NCBI GenBank assembly: GCA_009103225.1
Contig: RHPI01002503.1
Location: forward strand, 749,585 to 813,584
Reading direction: 5' to 3'
DNA from: Chlorokybus atmophyticus
Lineage: Eukaryota > Plantae > Mesostigma and Chlorokybus algae
Length of the DNA: 64,000 bases
Below the pieces are notes generated by a model. The model made no database searches. It was not told the origin of the DNA and saw only the letters and a program-made list of their open reading frames with translations. The translations under genes were made by a program, and so were the position numbers. Shown in pieces: positions 28,401-39,635 of the stretch (positions are counted from its first letter, which is position 1; every line of letters begins with the position of its first letter).

Positions 28401-31023
28401 CTTGAAGCCAACAGTGAGAAGGAAATATTAGCCAAAGAAAAGGTTCGCAGCGTGCCTGCTTGCGTCTTGCATTGTATCCCAATGTGATAGTGTCGCCGTC
28501 AGTACCAAGTCCGCCTGCTTCATCTCAATTTCATAATGTGTCGCAAGTGTCAACTTGGCAGAAGCACACTTCTTGCGGACTCCTGAAAGTTGCACACGCA
28601 TGAGCTTGTTTTGAGGCATTGCAAGCAGGCAGAGAAAGCTCTTAGTGAAGCTCGCGATGCTTTGGGTACGGAGCGCACAAGAGCAGCTAAGCTACAAGAT
28701 GAGCTTCACACCTTGCACAGTCGTCACGACAACCAGGTCCATGGCTCTCGTGTTTGGTTTGGCACCATGCACTGCAATGCTGCATGTGCCAGTAAGGCAG
28801 CGGCAGTTCTTGCAGGTCAATGTATTGAAGAAACAAGTGGAAGAGCTCTCATTGCATGTCAAAGACCTGCAGTCCGAAAAGAGGAGGCTTGTGAAGGACT
28901 TGCAAGACAGGCTGAAGCAGGTGAACTGCTGTGAAACAATTGTTTCCTGCACAGCTATTTGGCCCCTTGGAGTTGACCATGTCATGTAGGCACGGAAGGA
29001 GTGGCAGGCTGAGCATGCAGCGGCAATGTCGGAATTGACAAAGCTGCACAACCAGAGCATTGCCGACAGGAAGGCAGCTGGCAACAACACCATGCAATCA
29101 CAGGTCGCTATGTCACGTGCGGATCGGGATTCTCCCCAAGCACGCCATGTTCTGCTAAGTGCCCGCATCCAAGCTTCGTGCAACAGGTAGCACACCTGGA
29201 GGAGGAGATCAGCGTTCTCCGCGCAGCGAATCAGATGGACAAGGAAGAATACAAAGTTCAATTAAGGGAGCTCGCTGAAATGCACACTGCTAGGACTGCA
29301 GCTCAGGTTGGTCAACTGATTGCCCCTTACAGATGGCATTTGCAAACTGCGCATAACGACAAACTCAGCATAAGCCATCCCTGCAGCAAGCACGAGCCGA
29401 AGAACTTCAGCAGCAGTTGGCTGCGGCAAAGCAAGAACATGCTGCGCAGGTCCGTCAGAGCAACCTGATTTGCTGAAAGCCCCCCCCTCACGGAGTGCTG
29501 TGGCATAGAAAGCATCCAGCTCCTGAAATTGCCTTGTCTCGCAGGTATCAAGGGCAGAAGAACTGCAACAAAAGCTGGCTGCGGCACAGCAAGATCACGA
29601 GCGCATTCTCAACGATGTAGTGTCCAAACACATAACTGCACCGCCTGAGTTGCACGCACGCCAAACAGCCTCGCAGGTGACGCCGTAGACTTAGAGCAAC
29701 TCACCAAGTTCCAAGCCTCAACAGGTTTTCACATACTTTGTCAAGAGCCCTGCACAATACCCGGAAGTCAGCGCATCTGAAGCGCCGTGCTGACTCTGCA
29801 TTGATTTGTCTTTTACACATTGCGCATGTTCGTGCAGGCAATCATGGCCGCTGAACATGTCGACATCATGCACAGTCAAGCGGGCACTGAACAGCGCGCA
29901 GAAATTGATGTCCTGCAAATTGCTGCAATGTATTCTCAGCAGGCGGAACCAGAAGTCCCATCACCGGCAAGCAAGGTAAGCAGCTCGTGGTCCCTGTATC
30001 TGGCTTGTGGTCAGATGTAAAAATTACTTGGTATCAACAAAAGGCTACGCATTACCTTACGAAGTGCGTGTGAACTGGCAGAAACGGAATAGGGAAAAAG
30101 TTTCTGTACCTGCAGAAGTATCTGATATCAGTGATGAAGAAGGGGCACAGAAGTTGACATCCACACCGCCACCTGTCCAAGCTACGCGAAGGAATCCGGT
30201 ATGCAGCTAACGACATCTTCTGCACTGCATTGCTATCAGTGAGTGACCGCCATTTCATTGCTGGCAGCGCCGTAAGCCAACAAGTGCGCGGAACACAACA
30301 GCGGTGCCAGCAAAGCGTCGCTTGCTGGAGGTACTGCTCATGAGAAATGTTGCTCAGCGTCACTGATGCAACCGCAAACAAGACTGGCATTTGAGCACGA
30401 ATGCTCCTTGCTTTATTTGAGTACAAATGCACGTGCCTCGCCCCATGCAGCACTTGACTCGCTATGCGATGCAGGATGATTCGCAAAGGGCAGAGAAGGA
30501 GGTCAGCGTCCTGGGTAGGATGGCACCTGCGGTGAAACAATTTAGAGGGCGCCCTCGCACGGAGTCGGTGCGCGTGTGCTAGTAGCATCAATGTTATTGT
30601 GTCTAGATTCGATGTTTGCCTTCCACCACTAACCACTGTGTGCAGCGTGAGGTTACCAGCAGCGAGTACCAAGTTGCAGCATCTGATGGCACCAAGACAC
30701 TGACAAAGAAGAAGACGAGCAGAAAGACCATTACTTACAACATCAAGGTACTCCGATATGTGCTTCAACAGGCAGACAGCTACGCGGTGATCCAACATGA
30801 AGGTGCCTGACACAAACCTCTGTTGTCCTACAGGCTTCCCCGGTTGCCAAGCACTCTCCCAAAGGCCAGGTATGCCCCATATTCATCCAAGTGATAACTT
30901 TGGCACATAAACTGACCAGTACATCAACCTCAGGCCGGTAAGACACGTCGATCATCACCTACGCGCGAGCTCTTTGGCAGCGGCTCGTTGGACCCATATG
31001 CATACTCGCAGGACCAAGCGTAG
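25474..31023 (+). CDS. ZYP1: Long coiled-coil protein, probable synaptonemal complex transverse filament protein (ZYP1/ZEP1-like)
   Basis: About 20 exons of heptad-rich sequence. The spliced N-terminus DFPKLIGIA|EKLMQEQSHARIEIHML|RRKLQTEQEVRQALELQL...ADAKRWASLETQLASTGAVLDSTSTTVIALQQQL aligns without gaps to recalled Arabidopsis ZYP1. The C-tail has EVTSSEYQVAASDG..KKKTSRKT and ends RELFGSGSLDPYAYSQDQA* (compare ZYP1 [20 protein letters not shown]). The start codon is approximate. Confidence 0.75.
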
Positions 31024-32995
31024 TGAGCCGCACTTACATACTGTGAGTTTCAGTTTTACGCACAGTCTGTTCACGTTAACAGGCCGCTTCCTTAAATGTC
31101 TCTAGTCTGTAGGTAGCTCTTTTTAGGGTGTGCACTGTCAGGTTATTGTGGCAAACAGTCGCTGCTCCGCCTTCTAGTAAGGGTGTCTGGACGCAACTGC
31201 AGCAGTAGTAGCAAGCTATTGTGTAGCTTTTCTGAGCCGCTTCACTTCACATTTGTACCATAGTGATGTTCACTTGGTACACATTACCGCAGAGCAACGT
31301 CTATGCCATCTTCAGCAGTATCAGATAGCACACGCATGACCTGCGTGTTAGTAACACAACATGCCGGTTGTCACATGCTCTCAGATCGCGTATTGCGAGT
31401 TACCACACCCAGACGTAAACACATAAGCCAGTGCCGTCTGATTGGTTACCAGTACCATCAATTAAACAATCGGTGCAAATTACCCGCTGCTGTTTAACAG
31501 CTCGCAAAGGTTTCTCCTCATCATTGACTACACTTTAGTACAAGCAAGCCCACGCTTGCACAGCGCATAGCGCACAGCATAGCCTAATGACTTAGGAGCC
31601 CCGGGGCGAGTATTGGATGCTCCACCATACATGCTGGCACCAGCACTCTGTCACTGCATGTGCACGCACGCGCATTACTGCTAATGCTACCAGGCTTTAT
31701 GAATACTCTACGTTAGCTAACCCAAGCATTTGCAGCGTCCAACAACGAGAGTTGCCGTAGTATCTGTGCATGCGGCGTACAATGTTGATGACGAGGTTCC
31801 AGCAGTCCACACACGTACATGCAGCTCAACAGGACTCCTTCCTCCCTCTCCGCCACCACCATGTTGTTGCTGTGCACACAGCGACTGCCTGGCTAGTGTG
31901 TCATGCTGACGTATGCATGTTTCATGCTTATGACCCCTTGCATGCGGTCTTATCAGCACTCCATCTTTTGTACACCGTGTCCAACCCTGCTCGACCCGAG
32001 CAGCCTGACAGCTCTGGTCAGCGTCGCTCAGTGCGCCAGGGCCATGAGCGCTGTCACGCATTGGCTGCCGTTACGTTGCTGCATGCTGCATCGCTGGCAA
32101 TGATACCGTCATTGGCATGGGCAGACTACTACTCCCCATGCATTCGCTGCTTATTGCCCATCAGCACCACCATCACATTCGACAACTGGCGTGTGGCTAT
32201 GCAATTGGAACTGCTAGCGTCACATTGTAGCGAGCAGTATCACCAATAAGCGCGCAACTGAATAGCCGTGCTGCTGCATTGCATGCAACAGTTCGCACAC
32301 ATGTCGGAAGTGCACTCTGTAAGGCATAGTTGACTGCAGCGTACAGTTGAAACACTACCAAGTTATCACAACTGTCAACAAGATGCGCGAAACGGTTCTT
32401 AGCTGATGAGCTGGCTAAGGTGATACTGACCATAACTAAGTGTTATTAACATATGATTACCGTTGCATGTACTATCATACAATATATACTAAGCGAATGT
32501 CCAAGACATACATCATACAACCAAAAGTCACATGTTTTGCGTCCATGAATACGACACAGCACAATCAGCTACTCATATAATTGAAACGATGATACAAGAT
32601 ACCTGTTCAGCATGAGCGACAATATGCCAAGTGGTTAGCGACTACTATTACTTTCAACACATAGGAGCACAAGGTTGCACATGCACATGTGCAAGTCACA
32701 ATTTCTTTGGTATGCAAGCGTAGCATACAGACAGCTTACGCAGCATGTGCTGGACATAAACAGGTGATATCACATGTGCAGATCAGAACACATGTGCAAT
32801 GACCTTTTTGTGTCCAGGTTGGTGAGAGCCACTGTCTCAGCATAACGACCAAAACTGAAATGTATACCATTTACAATCAAGCAATGTTCACCCTGTACAT
32901 GGCTAACTTGTAATTGACATTGAGCAACACCTGCACCGTCACTGTACATATTGTCTGTTGCATTGAATGTACAGCTAGTCCTCCCTCAATCACCT

Positions 32996-35759
32996 TCACT
33001 CGTCCTTATCTTCATAGGGTGTCAGACCCATCTTGGCTGGGCCTTGGATGCACTGACCGTTGCGATCGAACTGTGAACCGTGGCATGGGCAGTCAAAAGT
33101 GCCAGCAGCGGGGTTCCACTCAACCAGGCACCTGTACACCACATGTGAGACATCATATAACCAGCAACACTTGGCTCAAAACAAAACACAGGCTACTGGG
33201 AGCAGCAAGCTTACTTCAGGTGTGGGCAAATTGCCGAGTACTGTTGGTAAGCGCCTTGCTCATTGCGGTACAGTGCAACCTTGTCAGCACCCTTCTGCAC
33301 CACCATGCCACTGCCGGGGTTGATAGTCTCCATCTCGAACGACTCTCGCGGGCGCACAACGTTGACAAACCTACCACCCATTGAAAGTCAGTGACAAACG
33401 TCCATGTTCATACCATACTAGACATTAGGTATTACAGTAACATACCACCCATCAAGAGTCAGTGACAAAAGTCCATGTTCATACAATATATACAATATAT
33501 ACAATACTAGAGATCAGGTATTACAGTAACATACCCAGCGGTGGTCACTTCAATAGGTGATACTGCTGTCGATGGTGAAGGTGCACTGGGGAAGCGTGTT
33601 GGCGAGTACACACTCTCCCATTCGTTGGCTTTGCCAGTGATCAAGTCCGAAAGCAGCATGCCAGCCACAGTACCCATGGTCATGCCCTCACCACTGTCGC
33701 CAGTTGCAATCCAGTGCTTGCCGGACACGTCGTTGGGCTCGCGCCCAATGAGGTGCAGCATATCAATCGGCTCGTACAGCTGTCACGTCAAGCAAATATG
33801 GAGTAAGGAACTCAACTCGCAGCGTAGACTGCAAGTACACTCGCAGTCCAGACAGTCAGCACAGTACCTGGCCAGACCATCTGTAGAGTTCTTCAGCGCC
33901 CTTGGACTTGGGGAAGTACTTCTCTGCATACTCGCGCAGCAAGTCCCAGGATGGAGGATAGTCTTTGCTACCAAGGCCGACCTGATGGTCGGAGCCACCG
34001 ACGACCAGGACATCATAATCATCGAACGGCTCCAGACGAACGTAATGGTACGGAACATCCGTATCCCACCAGCATGCAGGCCTGCAACAGATGGTGGGTT
34101 AGAATGCAAACATGGTTGTTTGGTGTTGTCGCGCATGCCAAGCTGCATACTTGTATGCTTCCTTGGGCAGCTTGAGACCAATGACATAGGACTTGCTCGC
34201 ATGCTGCCTAGCATGGATCAGAAGGTTGTGGTTGATGGGGGAGTTGGTTGCCATCACCACGTCATCCGCAGTTACATTGTAGCCATCAATAGTGCTAACC
34301 TGTACCCACATTACATGAGTCTGACTGCCACAACTCCTCAAAGCAATACTGCAACTGCTGGTCAGCAACTCTCAACAGGTGTTGGTAGTCCAACTGCAGC
34401 TATCAAGACCATTATTCAGAAAATGACACTATCAGCATTTGCTATACCTTGCCTCCGTCAATCTCAGCAACCGAGCTCATTTCATACACCTTGACACCAT
34501 GCTTTGCAGCAGCCTCAGCCAAGCCGCGGATGTACTGCCCAATAACAACGCTACTCATCAGTACAGGCATGTACTGCATAGTGCTGTTCGGTTATCATGA
34601 CATTTGCACCACAACTGCAGCTTGGTCACTACCTTCAGAGGTTGGAACTGCCCTGACGTAGGAAACTTGATAGCCTTGTGAGCATTGATCCCGCACTCCT
34701 CATGAACGTCCACAATCTCGGCATCCTCCCAACCAATGGTCTTCAGGGTCTTGAACTCGTTATCTATCCTCTTTTGAGCGTCAGACTGCAACACAGGACG
34801 AGTCAGGCCAACCTCCAGCCTGAAAAGTCAGGCAACTCAGGCAAAACAGACCACGACAGTTAACTGAGCACTTACATCGTCGGAATGCTGATACAGGTAA
34901 CCAGGGCACCGCAGGAACTCGCACTCAATGCCCTCTTCTTGAGAAGCCTTCAATGACAAGCATACACGTCAAGAACATGTGCACTCACACAAAGCAGACA
35001 CACTAAAGAAGGTTCTAGATCACCTGCTCGATGAAATCAACTGTCTTCCTGTGGGCCATAGCAACCCGCCTGGCAGTTTCGTTATCAAACTTCTCCTCTA
35101 TCACGTGGTAGTAGTCATCGTTCCAACCCATCAAGTGCGCTGTGGTGCGACCAGTCTGACCAGCACCTGCAGATGGCAAACCACGCCAGTAAGCACGCAA
35201 CTTATAGCCTGTAATCTGGAAGTAATGAACACAAGATGATAACACAACGTACCGATCGTTCTGGCCTCAAGAAGCACAACCTTCTTTCCCTTCTTGGCAA
35301 GGTTGTAAGCTGTTGACACGCCAGCAATACCGCCACCAATGACGACAACGTCTGTGGTCATGTTCTCCTGCAACTTTGGATAGATGGGCTCCCCGCACAG
35401 CTTGCGCTGCTCCCAGACAGTGTCGGCCAACCCGGGGACCTTCCCCTCAGCCATGCCCTCCTGCGTGGGCCTTTCCCTTGAGAAGCGCTCTTGGGTTGCC
35501 TGCACATATGCAGCGGCTGGTCAGAGAGGACATTCGCAATGCACCGGTACATCGGTACGGATGAATGGTGTACCTGTCTCTGTGTTTCTGCGCGTGTTGT
35601 CAACGAGCGAGCCACTTTGTGTTGTGATAGAATTGGTGCTGCGAGCTTCCTGCCTGTGATACTGGAGGCTGACGATGCCAGCTGCTGCCTTGCAGCTGGC
35701 GTCGCCTTGACGCCAGCCATGGGCATGGCAACCACCGCTTGCACCATAGAAGACGCCAT
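32996..35759 (-). CDS. Plastid-targeted FAD-dependent oxidoreductase with C-terminal Rieske [2Fe-2S] domain (YhfW/PuuB-like)
   Basis: Transit-like MASSMVQAVVAMPMAGVKATPAARQQLASS...; Rossmann DVVVIGGGIAGVSTAYNLAKKGKKVVLLEA; GAGQTGRTTAHL; VVMATNSP; YHYVR; VLVVGGSDHQVG; IATGDSGEGMTMGTVAGMLLSDLITGKANEWESVYSPTRF; Rieske motifs YSAICPHLK|C and FDCPCHGSQFDRNGQCIQGPA, the latter in two exons not captured by the ORF track. Confidence 0.9.
33371..33534 (-). repeat. Intron made of a two-copy tandem duplication including a duplicated 5' splice site
   Basis: Two units each begin GTATGTTACTGTAATACCT and end GTCACTGACT..ATGGGTG on the minus strand. One unit has an internal TATATTG expansion. Confidence 0.85.
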
Positions 35760-36472
35760 TGTCCTGCGACCAACACAGGTTAGTGCACATCTTTGCAAGA
35801 CCTCCATGCATGCGGAATCAGTTCAAGACTCCTGCACCGATAGCTATGTTGTACAGTAGCACTCCTGCAGGCACTCAGTGCAATGGTGGACATGGCCATG
35901 CGAGCACGCACTTTGAAGGACTCCTGACTGAGATGGCGGCAAGCACGCTGAGTGCATTCTACATGCTGGCAGGTACTACCAAAGCGCAGCAAGCAGCAGA
36001 GTCAGGGGTCATACCTTGGCGCAAGCCTCTGTCAAGATTAGCAGCTACGCCAACACTTGCGCAGCAGGCGTGTGGGTAGCACGCTGAAATACACTTGGCA
36101 CTGTGTTGCAAGATGACCAGTTTGGGTATCACCAGACCCTGCGTGGCCATGATATCCTGAGCCGAAAACAGATACATGGATAGAGGGAATGTACGGGGAG
36201 GCGTAAGCACACGTGGTTGCACACGTCAACCCGCCCGCCACCGACAACGTCGCCGCCACCGCCGTCACCGCCGAGGGCCGCTGCGGGATCTCTCTGAGCG
36301 CTGCCCTTTCGCGGGGAGAGCACCCAATCTCGCAGTGCGCGTCACTCTGTGTCCTTATCACACGTGGCAAAGCTGTCAAGATTATCATGCAGACTGCTGA
36401 CTCGGACGCCCGGTCGCGGTAAGTTGACTGGAAAGCAGCGCTGATTGCTAAACCGAACCGAGTTCTGCGAAA

Positions 36473-36481
36473 TTAGGGTTT
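36473..36481 (-). promoter_or_regulatory. Telo-box (AAACCCTAA) upstream of the TPR gene
   Basis: TTAGGGTTT on the + strand, about 40 nt before the ATG at 36523, within the divergent YhfW-like/TPR promoter. Confidence 0.55.
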
Positions 36482-36522
36482 ACGTAGGTGGTAGGGGTGG
36501 CAGTCCTGGTAGGGGCGGTGGT

Positions 36523-38645
36523 ATGGGCGGCGGCGGCGGTATGGCGGGACGCAGCTTCGGTGGTACTGCCGGGGGCGGCAAGCGTGGCTCCAATAATGGA
36601 CCAACCTACGTCCGCAGATTACCCAAGTTCCTGCAGGTGCACATCAATGAATGCAACTGTGTGTGCAATGGTGCTGCAACTGCTGTTCCTTTCTGCATTG
36701 TCGCATTAATGCAGAAATGCACAAATGAACACCAGTGTTATGCGTGCTTCAGTTAGCTATGTTGGCATGCCATATGCTTGTGACTGCACACGCATTGACA
36801 TGAAAGCAACGTGTTTCTCTCATTCACATTGTTGCTGGTTTATCATGTATATGTGGCATGCCGCGAGGTTCTGCAAAAGAGTAGCAGATTCTACACCGCA
36901 GAAATTTGCTCGCTGCTTTCTACATAGATACCTTCAGCCTTGTGTCAAGCAATGTGATATATGGCTCCGTACTGGTCGTTGCAGCAATACCAGCACATGG
37001 TTGAGGGGGGGTCTGCCCGAGCTGATGCAGAACAAGCCTGGACAGGTACAACCCAGTCGTTCAGCACGCATTCGTAGTGCGCATACCAATGCATTGCCAC
37101 AGGCCCACACGGCTGTGATTTAGTTACACGCATGCTCGTGAACAGGTAACAGTACATGCATTGGCTGATCCAGGCTGTCTTTGTTAGAGTACGCGCAACA
37201 TGACAAGCTGAACAAGGGTCTGAGCGGGACAGGGGGTGCAGACAGCGACAGTGACGGCGGCGTTGAAGTGCGGTGTTCAAACCTGCATGAATCTTCGTGT
37301 TATGCGTTATGTGACAGCCTGGTGTAAGCCTACTGATGCGACAGGAAGGGGATTGTGCGCCGACAATAGTTGACAGCTCCGAGGGTTTGTCCAGCAAAGC
37401 AAAATTGAAGTTAAAACAGAAACAAAATGTTGAAGCGACTAACAAAACCGAAGATGCTAAGCAGATGTCCCATGAAGAGCGTGAGGTAAGAGCGCTGCGC
37501 TGACATAGGGCATCACCCAAGAATGTCTCCATGCAGTTGAGCGTCCAAGCGCACAAGTACACACCGTGCCGTTGTATGTGCTCTTGTATGTATACAGGCA
37601 GACGCGTACAAAGAGCAAGGGAATGTCGCCTTTGCAAACAAGCAATACGAGGTTGCATGCAAGCACTTTACAAAAGCTATCACCATCATGCCCAGGTGGG
37701 TTCTTGTGGCCTGCCTTATCCCCACTCACAGACACACACCAGTTCTGGCAGCTGACAGTGTGCTTGTCACACACTACCGGTGGCTAGCATACTACTATGC
37801 TGTAGACATAAGCAATGCCTGTTTGGCCCGATTGATTCGGTTGCCTTGCTGACTGCGCCAGCTGATTGGGCATGGTATTGTGCAGCAACCACATCCTGTA
37901 TAGCAATCGCTCAGCAGCTTATGTCTCACTGCGGCAGTATGATGATGCGCTTAAGGATGCACGCAAGGTTGGCTGACATGGCTTCGCAGTAAGTCAGCTT
38001 GTCCTGCGCTGCCTCACTTCAATTGTGACAGTGCAGTGTCACAGGCAGTGGAGCTGAAGCCAGACTGGGCGAAGGGCTACTCCCGTTGCGCTGCTGCCTA
38101 TTTTGGATTGGGGGAGTATGCAGAGGTTTAGACGGCCATTCTTGTAGCCTACTTGCTTGATTGCACTGGTGCACGACTGCCTGGCATGCATCATACTCAT
38201 GCACTGTTTCTGCAATGAGCTGTGTTGGTGCATGCACCAACCCCGTGCATGCTTGCAGGCAACTACTACCTATGAACGCGCATTGCGGCTTGAACCCAAC
38301 AATGACTTGACGAAGGCGGCGTTGCAGCAGGTTTGTGAGGCAGTTTGTACAAATCAGTCATGCCCACCAATGACATGCCGTGACGTTTCAGGCGAAAAAT
38401 GAGCTTGAGGCTGCAGAGACTGCTGAAAAGGCCAGTGGTAAACATGTTTTCAAGCGCAAGCGGAAAGCAAGCAGTCAAACAGGCCCAGGTCCTCCAGAAA
38501 AGGCAGCCGATGGCGATAAGGTACGCTCCATTGTGCAAGCAGCAGCAATGCTTGTTGGGGGTGCTAAACACACTATGCTACGTCACAGATGAGGCCCGCT
38601 GCCAAGAAGAAAGGGTTACTCTCATTTGCGGAAGATGAGGTGTGA
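36523..38645 (+). CDS. TPR-domain protein flanked by DUF4604/KIAA1143-like termini
   Basis: Three TPRs: [89 protein letters not shown]. N-terminal GPTYVRRLPKFLQ, internal GKHVFKRKRK, C-terminal KKKGLLSFAEDEV*. Confidence 0.75.
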
Positions 38646-39635
38646 GCCAATCAGGGAGCCATATGCACCTCATGTACATGTTTTTGTTGAGACGCACATA
38701 GATGGATGGTATGTTGGGGCATGCCTACCAGTGTGCATCCTGTGTATACACAAACCCCAGCATCACGTCTCAATGTAGGGAATGTAGGGACCTTTTGTGG
38801 CGGTTGAGTGTTTCAGGCAGAGACTAGTTATGCTGCAGCAAGACGAGCCATGAGATTGAACGTTTGTTGAGGATGTTGCTTGGGTGCAGTAGTTGGCTGC
38901 ACTGTCATTTCCAGTAGTGCCGGTGCTTCTGTGCGCACTCTAGTTTGGTATCTCAGCAACCTTACCTTACCGCAATGGTAGTTTAGGTGTGGTGTCAATC
39001 CTGGCGTCAACCTTTAGGAAGCAAAGTACAGTACATCACAACCTTGTCTTGGCGTTGAAAGCTGTCTTCCAGCAGCTGCTTGACGGCCTCTCATATACCT
39101 ACTACCAGGGCAGGGACATTGCTTGCTGGCAACACCTTGATTTGCGGCTACAATAAGCCTAACCGTCGTCACAACTTTGATGTCTGTGTCGGCTGTAAGG
39201 TTTATGAGTAAAGGCGAGCATCATCTGCGCTGGACAGCCAGACAAAAGCAAATGGCCAGTCATTAGCAGACACACCCAGTTAACCCAAGTTTTGATAGTA
39301 GCGCAAGTCAGGGACAAGCATGGCAAGCTGGCAATGAAGGTCCTACATTCTGAGAGCTGCTTGCTGTGGCTGCTCAATGGGCTGGCTGATGTGCCCATCA
39401 ACGCCTCCACGTGTGCGTGACCACATGCAATATACTGGACAAGTAGCGTCGGCTTGCATGCCTGCCTTGTACATTGGCCTGGTCAAACGGGTATATCATC
39501 TTATTAACTGTTGGCGAAGCAGATATGCAGGGAGTAAGGACCTTTTGGGCCCCTGTGCTTACGCATTACATCTAACCAGGTGACACGCTAACAAAACAGC
39601 CATAGCCCCTGATGTTGCGAACGCAAAACCACACA

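Noticed and set aside
30052-30813. 253-aa minus-strand ORF
   Set aside because: Antisense to the ZYP1-like terminal exons; no domain features.
31717-32433. ORFs in the convergent gap between the ZYP1-like and YhfW-like genes
   Set aside because: No recognisable motifs or consistent splice pattern; probably 3' UTR or intergenic.
33541-34494. 317-aa plus-strand ORF, the longest in the track
   Set aside because: In-register antisense shadow of the FAD oxidoreductase exons.
38830-39420. Exon-like minus-strand pieces downstream of UFM1 (DLHCQLAMLVPDLRYYQNL, ADTDIKVVTT, VYEAVKQLLEDSFQRQDK)
   Set aside because: They have plausible splice sites but no start and no family match; cannot be supported without transcript data.
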